Assembly: GCA_030167865.1 (NCBI GenBank)
Contig: JALAGF010003466.1
Span: 1-50,037 of the forward strand
Direction of reading: 5' to 3'
Origin: Craspedostauros australis
Taxonomy: Eukaryota
Length of the DNA stretch: 50,037 bases
Under the pieces are notes generated by a model. The model was not told where the DNA came from. It did not search any database and worked only from the letters and a program-made list of their open reading frames with translations. The position numbers and the translations under genes were made by a program. Below are positions 10,051-21,839 of this stretch, one piece after another (the stretch's first letter is position 1; each line of letters starts with the position of its first letter).

Positions 10051-12286
10051 TCTTTCTTCTTTCCTTGATTTCAACTGTACAGCGGAGTGGAGTGGAGGAG
10101 AGTGGAGTGGAATAGGTTGTATAGTTAATCGTATGGTATGGTATGTAGTGTTCAGAGTTGTGCACTTCTTGGGTTCTGATTTGTGAGTTGATGTGGTTGT
10201 TCTGCTGTTTGTGTTGTCAAGGTTGATGTGGGCACGGTTGCACAGTCGTGTCAATCGAACACGTTCGAACAGATTGGAAATACGATCGACTCAATCGAAC
10301 TTCTCCGATGTCTCATGACGATTGACTACATGGACCAATAATTCGGGAACAAAATCGAGAATTGGGACTCGTCGAACCCATCATCATCGTTTTGTTTGGA
10401 ACTGTGTGGGTATGTCTGCACCAGCCTTCTTGGGGAGAGGCCTTTGTGAGAAAAGAGAGCTAGAGGCATGTGCACTTCTGAAGACTTTCTATGTTCTATA
10501 ATATTATAGAATACATCAGATCAGAGCAGAGAGAGATGCACAGTTATATCGAGTGAGACGGTGGGAACTCCAAACTTCCTGTCATCTGGGTCGTTTTGTT
10601 GGCTTCATTGGTGGATAGAACTCGTGGAAAGATCAGCAGTTGCTATCCTTGCGCGTTCTGACATTCGACGATCAGCAGGCATTCAATCATTGTTTTCAAC
10701 CCTACAAAACAAATATTTGCGTCCATCCTTGAAGTCATTTCGTACGTGGATACGATCTCCTTCCTTCGCAAACTCATCGGCCGGTTGGTTCGGATGGTGG
10801 CGTCATCTTGTCTGAAATTAATGCGGTGATGGATTCCCACGATAAGGCAATGCCGCCCATCAACCATTGCATTGAATTCACCGACATCCCAATCTGCCGC
10901 ACTTGCTCTCTGTCTCTCCTTCTCTCGTTACAGCGGAAATCACCATCCACAGCGGTAAATGCCAGCAAGAGTATCGCAAAGGCCTCTTCCATATTCATGT
11001 TGCGCTGCCCATCGAACATCATTCGTCGATATGGAATATTTGCACAGCACAGATTGTTGCTGCACTCTCCAATTATCCGTTCGGTCGTTGAATTCCGTCG
11101 CCAAGAATTGCGTACCATGGCCATGATGTGTCCCATACATTCGTTGATGTCACATAATTGTGCTGTCGATTGTGGATCGATTCCAGCTCGTTCAGAAGCC
11201 GCGGCTGACCGTGATGGCGAAACCAACATGATCAGCGACAGGATACGCCGCACTGCGTTGTCGAACGCAAGAGCACCATCATGATCGGCATGCAACGCGT
11301 CATCGTCGAGGCCGTGCATCGCACCCATCAACTCAGCTTCGCTCGGCCCAGCTCATGGTCGGCAACTGGATCGGCAGGTATTGGAAGGTATCATTGCCAT
11401 CACCATCGTCATGACCGTTGTGTGCCGTGCCATGTGACGAACATGGAGACTGCAATTGCGCGATTGCGCGATTGCGCAATGACGGAAGCAAGAAGAAGGA
11501 TTGCGAAAGAAGTGACATCGATGATGATTATGACGGCTTGATTTGATGCAGTTGCGCACTGCTGGTGCGGAGGCGAAGGATGTGAGGTGCACAGTATCGA
11601 AAATACAGGTAGCGGCGAAGAAGATGTCATTCTCCATGTCGGTGAGGAAGAAAGGTATCCAGGATTCGCAAATGAGTCGAATCATGTGCCAAAGTGCCGA
11701 AGATCTGAAACTCCTGAAGTTCAGAACATGCAAAGTTCCGGAAGGTGTCAAGAAGATGGTTCATCACAAATCACAACACGAATGGTAGTCATGAACAAGT
11801 TTCGAACAGAACAGATGGCAGACGGCATTGGCCATTGAGAAAGCAGAAAAGATACCCGCGGGAGCATGACGACACACAAAAAATGCCAACGAAAAATGAG
11901 TGGCGCAAAATGCCTGCAACGAAGACCAACACGACAGATGCCGGCAGAAGTACACGTCAGTTGCGTGTATTAGGAGTTAACAGACATCTTGAGGCTGTGA
12001 CGACGACTGCGAACAACCATACTCCATGACCAGAGTAGGTGTCTGTGCACGACGAAGGTGCAACAACGACCATCCCGAAGCTGCCGCCCTTCACAAAGGA
12101 AGAGAACAGCACTGGAGTCGAGACACAGACCACTGACCACGTCGTACGCATCGTTCGTCATTTCCCCATCACGGATCCAACACATGGCCGCTTTCCTCAC
12201 ACACCTCCGTCCCTCATCAGACACAAATTCCAAAAACGGAATCAATTCCATCACAACAAATCCAAACCCCAAACCCCAACCACACC

Positions 12287-14355
12287 ATGAAGTTCACCGC
12301 CGTCGCCATCCTGGCTTGCGCCACCACCGCTTCCGCTTTCGCCCCAAGTGCCTCCTTCCGCCCAGCTTCCGCCCTGAACGCTGTGTTGAAGCAGCAGACC
12401 GGCCAGTCTTCCCTCGACCCAGCCGTCATTGACAAGTACAACGCCCTCCCATTCCCAGCCGACAGCATCCTGGCTGAGTACGTGTGGGTCGATGCCGTTG
12501 GCAACACCCGCTCCAAGACCCGCACCCTCCCAGCCGCCAAGGTAGGTCAATTTGCATTCGGCATGACAAGGGAAAGGAAGAGATCTGCAGCTGGTGCTTG
12601 ATTGGATGATGACCTGAAATGAATGAGCGATTGTCGTGGGTGTCCTGTTTGATGCCAAGTATTCCGCGATACAAGAACGTCATGGATTCGGTGCGATCAA
12701 CACGGATTGGGGCTGACGAACATCAGCTCTTCCGTGTTGGTGCGACTCGTCAATCGATAGATCCGCTGGATTGATCCACTCGATGCCATTGCAGTTCAAT
12801 TCGCTGGCGGATCAAGAGCAGCCGGAATCCATGAGTTTGTCCCAACACGCGACAACCCAACGAAGATGCCAATGCCTCTCACAGACATCATGGAGAAAAT
12901 CATGCGAAATCTATTTCTCGCACTTCCTTCCTTTGGCTAATGTTTGACACAACCCATGACAAATTATGATGACGACGACAATAGGGCGAGAGTGTCGATT
13001 CCCTCCCAAAGTGGAACTACGATGGTTCTTCCACCGACCAGGCTCCAGGTGACGATTCTGAGGTCATCCTGAAGCCATGCCGCATCTTCAAGGATCCATT
13101 CCGCCCACGCTCTGATGGAACCGACAACATTCTTGTCATGTGCGACACCTACACCCCAGCCGGAGAGCCACTCGAAACCAACTCCCGCGCCATCGGTAAG
13201 TCGAATTCCATGCACAGAATTTTCGCCCTGGTCGCACGTCCATCGAATGAATGGGTGAATGAATGACTGAATGATTGAGCGAATGCCTTCGCAGCAGCAT
13301 TCCTATTGCCACGGCGCAAGCAACGGCACCGCCTCCGCACAGTGATGTACCATGCGATGGTGACAAACCGAACTGTTCGCAATGTTCTATCAGCTCCTGA
13401 CGATTTCTTCCTTTCCGTGCTCTCATGTACTATGTGGTACCACGCATATCCAACACCAATGAATTGCGACGTCGGAATGAATTCCATTGCCTGCCACTGC
13501 AATTTGCAATTCATCACACCCTATCTTGCATTGACCACGCCTGGCAACATTTCCACCCAACATGTATTTGTGCAAACAGCCATGGAGTCCTTCACGGACA
13601 AGGACCACGAGGAGGTCTGGTTCGGAATGGAGCAGGAATTCACTCTGTTCAACTTGGACGAGCGCACCCCGCTGGGCTGGCCAGAGGGTGGCATGCCAAC
13701 CCGCCCACAGGGACCGTACTACTGCTCCGTCGGACCAGAGAACAACTTCGGACGTGCCATCACCGATGCCATGTACAAGGCCTGTCTGTACGCTGGAATC
13801 GAGATCTCCGGAGTGAACGGAGAGGTCATGCCAGGACAGCAGGAATACCAGGTCGGACCATGCATCGGAATCGATGCCGGTGACCAGCTCATGATGTCGC
13901 GATACATCCTGCAGCGCGTGTGCGAGGACTTCCAGGTCTACTGCACACTCCACCCCAAGCCAATCGTCGACGGAGACTGGAACGGTGCCGGTATGCACAC
14001 TAACGTGTCCACCAAGTCCATGCGCGAGGAGGGCGGGCTCGAGGTCATCAAGAAGGCCATCTACAAGCTCGCCGACAAGCACGACGAGCACATCGCCATC
14101 TACGGAGAGGGCAACGAGCTGCGCCTGACGGGAAAGCACGAGACCGCCTCCATCAGCGACTTCTGCTACGGTGTGGCCAACCGCGGTGCCTCCATCCGTA
14201 TCGGACGTGACACCGACGCCGAGGGCAAGGGATACTTCGAGGACCGCAGACCTTCCTCCAACTGCGACCCATACCTCGTCACCGGAAAGATCATGAAGAC
14301 CATCATGGGACCAGAGGCACCAGAGGTCGCACCAATGAACAAGGCCGAGGCCTAA
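12287..14355 (+). CDS. GLN2: Plastid-targeted glutamine synthetase type II, join(12287..12541,12985..13195,13580..14355), 413 aa
   Basis: Signal peptide ending in ASAFAP. Motifs [69 protein letters not shown]. Both introns are GT-AG and phase-consistent. Confidence 0.95.
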
Positions 14356-14997
14356 ACGTGTTGTCGCCTCGTCGCAAACCACCCCCTCCTCGCGTCAAGC
14401 GCAAACCAACCAATAGCAACAGCACCGGAAGCGCGCGGCAGCACACCGCAACCTGCCGCCAATGACGGTCGTTCATATTTTTTGATCTGTACTCCTACCT
14501 TCACTTTGGAATCAGTTGGAGTAGTCGAACGAAGATGACATTAGTTAGCATGGTCGTTACGACACTTCCACGATTCATTGCTTCCATTTGTTGTTGCTGT
14601 TGCTTTCTGTTGTGTTGAGACTAGTAATTCGAAAGTTGGCGTTGCCTTGCTTGTGCGCAATTTCATGCTATGCCTACATCTAGAAATCGTAGCCTTTGGT
14701 ATCTTTCGCGCCATTGCGATGATCGCTCGTCGAATGAAAAGCGGTCTCGTGGAACCCAATCGAAGAAGACAGAAACAAAGCCTGAAACGAGACACACGCA
14801 AACATGTCACCATCACATGACGTAACCACAACGCAACCATCATAAATCTGCTCACTCTTCGCAACACATCAAGAGTAGCCATCGAGTATGGCAGATGTCC
14901 CCACTCTCTTCACAACACTCGCACAAGGAGACAACAGCAACGTCACGTATCTGATTCAAGACATAGCGTGAACGCCAACGGAGCAGAGAAACACAGA

Positions 14998-16186
14998 ATG
15001 AAACGACATCCATCATCGCTGCTGAGGCCCTGCCTCCTCGTCATGCTGCTACTCGCGACAGCCTGCACAGCCAAGCCACAGCACCGCACATTCAGTTCCA
15101 TCTCGCGAGGCGGATCATCCGTCCGAATCGCACCAGGAAAGTCACGCAATTCCTTCTCTGGCATGGCATCGTCGTCACAACAGCAGCAACAGTCCAGCAA
15201 ACCGAAGCTGTCCGTTTCTTCGACAGAAGCAGAAGATGAAGCGGCCACGAAGGAGATGATCGAATCGTTCCTTTCGCGTGACAATCGCAACAAGTTCATT
15301 GGTGAGTGTGTTTGCGTTTGTGGCGTTGAAGAGGATGTGGTGTGATGCACACGACGATCGCATCGATTGATCTCATGTCTCACATGGATCGCAATTGCTC
15401 CTTTGCATCATACTGTTACATTATATAATATGTTATGTTGTGTTATGTTATGTTATGTTACTGCATCCCCAACACAACCAAATACAACCACACTTCGACG
15501 ACACAGCGCGCGTCTACGCCATCCTGTCCATCCAACTCGTCGTGACGGCGAGTTCGTGCCTCGCATTCTCCCTGATCCCCAACCTCGCCGCCTCCATGCG
15601 CACGCCGGGATCGTCGGCCGCCATCGTCCCCATGATCAGCCTCGTCCTGAGTTCCATCTGCTGGTACTGGATGTGCCTGTCACCGACCGTGCGTCGCGAA
15701 AGCCCCAAAAAGTGGACGTTGCTGACCCTGTTCACATTGGGCGAGGCCATCTCGGTCGGTTTCCTGTCGAGCTTTTACAAACTGTCCAGCGTCGTATCGG
15801 CCATGGGCGCCACCGCTTTGGCGACGGGCGCCATCAGCCTTTACACCATCCTGCAGAAGAATCCGTACTACGATCTGACGCAGTGGGGTGCCGGGTTGTC
15901 GGCCTGCGGCGTCATCTTTCTCGTCTACGGGTTGTTGGGATTGTTGCAAATGACGGGCGTTCTGCCCAGCGGGTTCCTGCCTTACACGGATATGGCATAC
16001 AGCATGATCGGATCGTGTTTGTTCGCCATGTACTTGGCGTATCACACGCGGTTGGTTGTGGGTGGCAAGCATGCCAAGTTCTGTATGTCAGACAAGGACT
16101 ACGTATTCGCCGCCATGATGCTGTACAACGACGTCATCAATATGTTCATCTATCTGCTGCGCTTGATGGGTGAGGAGAAAGATTAG
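14998..16186 (+). CDS. Bax inhibitor-1 / Lifeguard (TMBIM) family membrane protein, join(14998..15301,15507..16186), 327 aa
   Basis: Splicing restores RNKFIARVYAILSIQLVVT. About 7 hydrophobic segments, LLTLFTLGE, VGGKH, DYVFAAMMLYNDVINMFIYLLRLMG. Donor G|GTGAG and acceptor CACAG. Confidence 0.9.
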
Positions 16187-16379
16187 AATGGATTGGGAGT
16201 TGGTGTGGTGGACACCATCTCATTTACACACATACAGACACGCTCCGGCGACTGGCTGTGCACTCAAGTAGTAGGGGTATCCTGAAGCATTATAGAGTGA
16301 GTAATGAAGCATTATATTATATAATATATCACGGTAGAATATATTCCACAACCGCAATCATGATCCCGCACGCATTTCG

Positions 16380-16952
16380 CTACCAATGATACTGCCAAGC
16401 GTTGGTGCCGCTGTTATCTGTAGCTTCGCCCTTGTAATCCACACCCAATTGCGACCGTATCTGCGCCGTGCTGTTGGCCGTGTCCGTCTTGGTGAGACTG
16501 TCCGAATGCATCTTGCCTTGATCGCGGATGGCCTGCAGAATGGAGGTGATATTGGTCTCGAGCACCATGCCGCCCATGACGATCTCATCGAGAACGTAAT
16601 GCACGCGATCCGAGTGAAAGATGAGATCGAGCTCGCATACATTCTCGAAGCACTTGTCGAGGGCCTCTACGAAGACCTGGATGAGATCGAGGATGCCGAG
16701 GTCGGACTCCTGCGCGTCGACGGCGAAGACGAAGAAGAGCGTGGCGTAGTGGCGGTAGATGAGCTTGATGTGGTCGCCCCATTCCGGGATGGAGCCCTCG
16801 AGGTAGTTGCAGAAGTTGTCGGGCCTCTGCGCCACCTGCGTGAAGATGCGGCGGATGACGGTCTGTTGCACGGCCTCGTTCTCGACGGATTGGTAGAACT
16901 TGGCGAGGCGGGGTTTGCCGTGGTTGTTCACGATTATCACGCCTTTGATCAT
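16380..16952 (-). CDS. AP3S: AP-3 adaptor complex small (sigma) subunit
   Basis: MIKGVIIVNNHGKPRLAKFY, CNYLEG, KLIYRHYATLFF, ESDLGILDLIQVFVEALDKCFENVCELDLIFH, EIVMGGMVLETN. Confidence 0.95.
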   Translation of the reverse strand: MIKGVIIVNNHGKPRLAKFYQSVENEAVQQTVIRRIFTQVAQRPDNFCNYLEGSIPEWGDHIKLIYRHYATLFFVFAVDAQESDLGILDLIQVFVEALDKCFENVCELDLIFHSDRVHYVLDEIVMGGMVLETNITSILQAIRDQGKMHSDSLTKTDTANSTAQIRSQLGVDYKGEATDNSGTNAWQYHW

Positions 16953-17485
16953 GTTACTTTGTGTTTGATTACTGTGATTCTGTGGTGGCAGACTTGAATG
17001 CTCTTTTGCTTGCTTCGTTGCCTACTTCGTTGCTTACTTGATTGCTTGATTCAATGGATGGATTGGCAGATGCAAAGGTTGTATGAGCCATGGCGACTTC
17101 TCCCGTCTCTCTGTGTTGTTGTTGGTGGCAACCAAGATGGTTGTTGGTCTTGTCTTGGTCTTTCCGTGTGTGTCTCTTTCGTGTTGTTTTGCGTTCCTTG
17201 TATCCACGAACGAAACGGGATTGGAATGATCGACAAGTCGGACTCCAACACAATTGACACGTCACAAGAAACAGGAAAGATCGAGAAGGTGACGAAAGCC
17301 AGCGCAAACACAAACACAAAACAAGAGAGGAGACACGAACGCAACCAGCACACAATCTCAACAAGAGGAAGACACAGTCAGGCCAAGTCAGACCAGACTA
17401 CGAGTACACCTGCACAATCACAACTGACAGGCAAGAGAGAGAGAGAGAGAGAGGCAACGACAAGTTGGCATCAGAAGTTCAGGCA

Positions 17486-19012
17486 ATGAACGTAGTTGAA
17501 GGAGCATCGGCGGTATCAGCCTCCATGATGGCATCCATGACGATGACAATGATGGCGTCAATGACGATGCTGCTGGTGGGCACGGCCAACGGCTTTGCGT
17601 TCGTGCCGTTGCCGTTGCCGAGCACCCGCATCAACAACCATCAGCTGCCAACATACCAACATCAGCAGCAGACGAGGACTGCAAGAACCTCATCCCTGTT
17701 CATGGCAATCAACGACGACACCACCACATCCAACGACCCTTTCCAAATCCTGGGCCTCACGGAACCGACGGCGGATCCCAAGGTCATCAAACGGGCCTAC
17801 AAGCGCATGGCGCTCAAGTTCCATCCCGATATGACGACGACCACGGCATCTTCACCCGAAGAGAAGAAGGCAGCGTCCGATAGATTTGCCAAGATCAACT
17901 GGGCCTACGAAACGCTCTCGGGCAAGCGTCAGAATGATTCCACGTACGGCAAGGCCAAGACCGATACGTCGCAAAAATCGACTTCATCGTCGTCGTCGGA
18001 TGGTTGGACTCCGCCGCATCGCAGAACGGGATCGTATGCGTCGTCGCGGTCGACCGATTGGAAGGATTACATGCCCAAATATGATGAAACCGACTACGAC
18101 ACCAACGGCGATTCCTTCGGTTCCATCTTCCGTGATCTATTTGTAGGTGCCGCAGCAGGTGCAACGACCGGCGGCGGCGTCTTCCGCGACTTTGTCGAGT
18201 TCTTGGAGAATAACGTCGACGGATACACGAGCGGCACTGCCGACGACGACGACGACACCGACTTGCGCGTCGTGCTGCAGACGGGCACCATCGACGACGT
18301 CGCCGAAGAGATGGACGACACGCAGCTCGTCATTGATCAGCTCAAGACCAAATCGGACAAGGTGCAGGAAGAGATCCTCATGCTGCAGGCCGACGTCGGA
18401 TTGTCGACACGGTACATGGAGCGCATCGAGATGGAGGAGCGTCTGGCCGAGCTCGAAGCACGCAAGGAGATCGTCGCCGGGTACATCAAAAAATCGCAGG
18501 CAAGGTTGCTCAAGTTGCAAACGAGGTACAAGGAGCTCATCACGAGCGGGCAGAATGATTACTATACCAGTAGTCGCGGGCGGACGCGGCCCAGCAGTTC
18601 GTATGATGATCGATCGAGTTCCACTTCCACCAACGCTTCCACGAATACAGGTGCAAGAGACAATAACGCAAGGAAGAGAGAAGGCTTCGGATCGTCTGGA
18701 CGCGGGGCAAGTCGTGGCAGTGCACGACGACGATCCACCAGCCGCCGCACTGAGACTTCGGCGAGGTCGTCGTACTCACCATCGTCGTCATCGGGAACTT
18801 CGTCCACTCAAGAGAGACCATCGTCATCATCGTACCGATCGCCGCCACCACCACCGCCAAGAAGAACGGAGACTTCCCGATCTTATGATGCCACGACACC
18901 GCCGCATCGTCGCAAATCTTCCTTCGAGGCCCAAGCCGAGGACAAGCGCCGTATGCGTGAAATGAAGGTCGACGAAGACTTTGAGAAGCTGAAGAAGGAC
19001 CTTGGGTTGTAA
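17486..19012 (+). CDS. DnaJ (J-domain) protein, probably plastid-targeted, with central coiled coil
   Basis: Hydrophobic leader ending ANG-FAFVP. J-domain DPFQILGL...IKRAYKRMALKFHPD...FAKINWAYETLS. Exact start Met is uncertain (several ATGs between 17486 and 17570). Confidence 0.88.
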   Translation: MNVVEGASAVSASMMASMTMTMMASMTMLLVGTANGFAFVPLPLPSTRINNHQLPTYQHQQQTRTARTSSLFMAINDDTTTSNDPFQILGLTEPTADPKVIKRAYKRMALKFHPDMTTTTASSPEEKKAASDRFAKINWAYETLSGKRQNDSTYGKAKTDTSQKSTSSSSSDGWTPPHRRTGSYASSRSTDWKDYMPKYDETDYDTNGDSFGSIFRDLFVGAAAGATTGGGVFRDFVEFLENNVDGYTSGTADDDDDTDLRVVLQTGTIDDVAEEMDDTQLVIDQLKTKSDKVQEEILMLQADVGLSTRYMERIEMEERLAELEARKEIVAGYIKKSQARLLKLQTRYKELITSGQNDYYTSSRGRTRPSSSYDDRSSSTSTNASTNTGARDNNARKREGFGSSGRGASRGSARRRSTSRRTETSARSSYSPSSSSGTSSTQERPSSSSYRSPPPPPPRRTETSRSYDATTPPHRRKSSFEAQAEDKRRMREMKVDEDFEKLKKDLGL

Positions 19013-19518
19013 GTGATCAAATGCATAGAATAGTTTACTCTCGATGCTTTACTCTACTACGCAAGTCCATGATAGTCATTTGCGTGGACTCCTTGATTTA
19101 GCGTCATGTTTTCACTGCCCTAATCTTGGCTGGACTCTCCAATCGTGTGGCACACCATGAAAGAGGCAGTGTTCGCGTAGTTCGTGCAGCAGGGGTACTC
19201 CTCCACAACCATGATGCCCAAGAACAACAAGGCGTCGTCCTCTAGCGATAGCGAGCCGCGTGTGATAAGTCCTCATGTTGTTTGGGTTTGTGTGTGTATA
19301 AATGGTTTCAGATAATTAGTTTACATTGTCTAATTCAGTGTCCGATCTGTGGGGACCATTGCCGCAGATAAGCTGCTGCTGCATGGTTTGCTTCCGCACG
19401 CCAGATCCGATAGGGAAGATAGGAATGTTGACCAAAAAGGGGTACCACGTCATGGAGTTCTCATCGGATATGCGCCAGACCATGAGGCCCGGGCAATGCT
19501 GAGCGAGGATCATGTCCT

Positions 19519-19986
19519 CTAGTTGACGGCTGTGGCAGCCTCACGAGTCTTCTTCCAGATAGCCTCGATCTGATTTTTTATCTTCTCAACCTCCTCGGTG
19601 TTGCGGCGACCCTCATGGTATGGGATCTGTGCCTGAAGCTTGGCGACCTTCTTGGCGTCCTTCCTGTGGTGTGATGCGAACGATTGGAGCATGGGCGATG
19701 TCGGTTCGATGATTGTTGACGCGGTGGTCGATAGTGATGGTGGCAACAAAAGGAGATGCGAGAGTTAGATGAGTGTTCTGCGGTGTAATAAGAACGCAAG
19801 AGCTATGAGGCGGAAGGGCAACATCGCATGCCCCCACTCGTGTCCAGCTCCCTGGTCGCCGCAGATCCAATGCCCATGCACGAAGCCATGCGAGAGCAGC
19901 GCGGCACACCCAGCAATCCATGCGACGACTTACTTGTTGAGGGTGATCTCCTCCTCCTTCTGCTGGCTCTTGCTCTTCTTGCCCAT
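19519..19986 (-). CDS. Two-exon 65-aa basic microprotein of unknown function, complement(join(19519..19663,19934..19986))
   Basis: ATG at 19986; donor AA|GTAAGT at 19933; acceptor CACAG|G at 19664; 198 nt in frame. Product: MGKKSKSQQKEEEITLNKKDAKKVAKLQAQIPYHEGRRNTEEVEKIKNQIEAIWKKTREAATAVN. Mostly G/C-ending codons. Confidence 0.75.
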
Positions 19987-21839
19987 GATGAAATGTGGTG
20001 TGGTGTGATGTGTTTGTTCCTCTTTGGATATTCCTTTCGGAAGTGCTTGCTGCTAGTTGGTTGATTGCTTGTCCTGATCCTTGGATCTTTGGTTTTATGA
20101 GAGAAGGATGGAGAGATCTCAGAGCCAAGCCAGAGATGCACGACGGAACGCAAGGCCAACCCGATGGAGAGGGCGAGAGGAGGGGAAGAAACGACGCAAC
20201 ACGGTCTCTCCCACAACAGAATCGGAACCAGATCTTTGCTCCAGCCTCTGTCTGATGCGGTCCCTGACACCATCCTCTGTCTCACGATGTGATCGTTCTT
20301 CGTGACAGCAATTGTTCTGCAAACCCTCAAGAGCCACTGTTCCCATCATCGCTCACCTGATTCTTGCCGAGCTTCAACAACGGTTTGCACAAGGAAGAAC
20401 GAGGCAGCTCTCCGCGGACAGCCTTCGCATCGCACCCGTCTCTGTCTTCTGCTTCCGTCATGAGACAGCCAACAGAAATTCGGCTTCCCAAAACGTGAGG
20501 GAGCTCTCATTGGCTTCACGAGCAACGAAGATGATCGCTGATCCATTCGTACGAGTGAGTGTACGCGTACGTCGCTGCTTCTTCTATTTGTTCTTTTTCG
20601 TTTCGGTGCTGCCGCTGTTGTCCGCACGCTCTGCCTCGTGGCCTCCTCATGCGTCCTGTTGCCAGCATTCTCGTTGCGTTTTGGGCCATGATGAGCAGTG
20701 TTGCCACTTCAAAGATACGATTCTCGTCAATTCCTCCAGTGGGAAATAGTATCTTCTCTACAGGAAACCGTGAGTTCTGGTTTTATCTGACAGCACCCGT
20801 GTCACTTCTCGTCCAATGAGAAAGGCACAGTTTGATTAAATGAGAAGCCTGTAGTCACGTGCGACTCATCTGCGAAGGGTGGACACGGTTAAGTTCTTCG
20901 TTGTTTAACAGAACCGAAGGCCGGCTTCATCCCACTTTATTTATTTTGCTGAACAAAGAACGTCACTGCGAATGAAAGCCGCTCAATCGACAAATCTGTC
21001 ATCTTGTCGTTGTGGAATCTCAGCCTCCTTCTCTTCCTCCAAATTGAGAATGTTGTGGTACGTAACAATGGCATGACGACAGTACACAAAGGAGACAAAG
21101 GATGTCGCAACAATCCTCATGTTCGGATTCCATCTGCTGGAGGTGTCAGAAATTGGCAGGAACAAGGCAGCCACAAAGAACGCTGCTGCCATGGAAGGGC
21201 GCCGGCCGGCCTCAACGACGTCACGTGTTGCTTGTGTGTGGACAGAGGAGAATACGAATGGGCGAAAAGGTGAGCGGCCGACGGCTTTGGTCTCTTCGGA
21301 TGTGTATCTGTTTGGAGGGTTGACACCGCAGGTTGTCACGTTGCAAATTAGCGACATCATCGTCATCATGGAGGTTCGGAGCGATGGGTTGAGGCTTCTT
21401 GTTTTGTCCGAAACCCTGGACTGGGCGGAGCTCGGCGATCGTTCTTGACCTCGTTTCTGTGTTTGCGTCTGCCTTCTTGTTGTTGGGTGCGGACGAGAAG
21501 GGAGGGTTTGTGGGAACCAACGGGATCAAAGGGTGCGGCCGAAAATCTTGGATGATGGTGTTGGCGATGAGCACGAGTTGTTCGTGCAGCAACTACAGCA
21601 GAATGAAGGAGGAAGCACAACGCTCTCTTCCACGATGATGTGTCCTCCCCCACGTCGTGCTCACAAACTTTTCATCCAATGAACAAGTAAGGAACAAACA
21701 ACGCAACAACAACGACAACAACCGAACGAACGAACAAACCGAGCATCCTACTCACTCAACTCAACTCGACTCACTCACCAACCAACTCACCCAGAGAACA
21801 CACCACTGAGAACAAACACAAAAGCACAGAATCGAAACG

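Noticed and set aside
10560-12050. Several 60-185 aa ORFs between NMD3 and GS
   Set aside because: No motifs or codon bias; probably divergent intergenic/promoter DNA, although a decayed gene cannot be excluded.
13306-13579. In-frame N-terminal extension of GS exon 3 as an alternative isoform
   Set aside because: Lies within a GT-AG intron; the product would lack the GS N-terminal domain and the sequence is not protein-like.
13423-14382. Long antisense and alternate-frame ORFs over real genes (also 6367-7491, 23699-24931, 25620-26825, 28934-30028, 36687-37649)
   Set aside because: Expected shadows of strongly GC3-biased coding sequence; no protein-like motifs.
19120-19513. Coding-like minus-strand fragments downstream of the microprotein
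   Set aside because: Short, with no convincing start or splice path and no recognisable homology.
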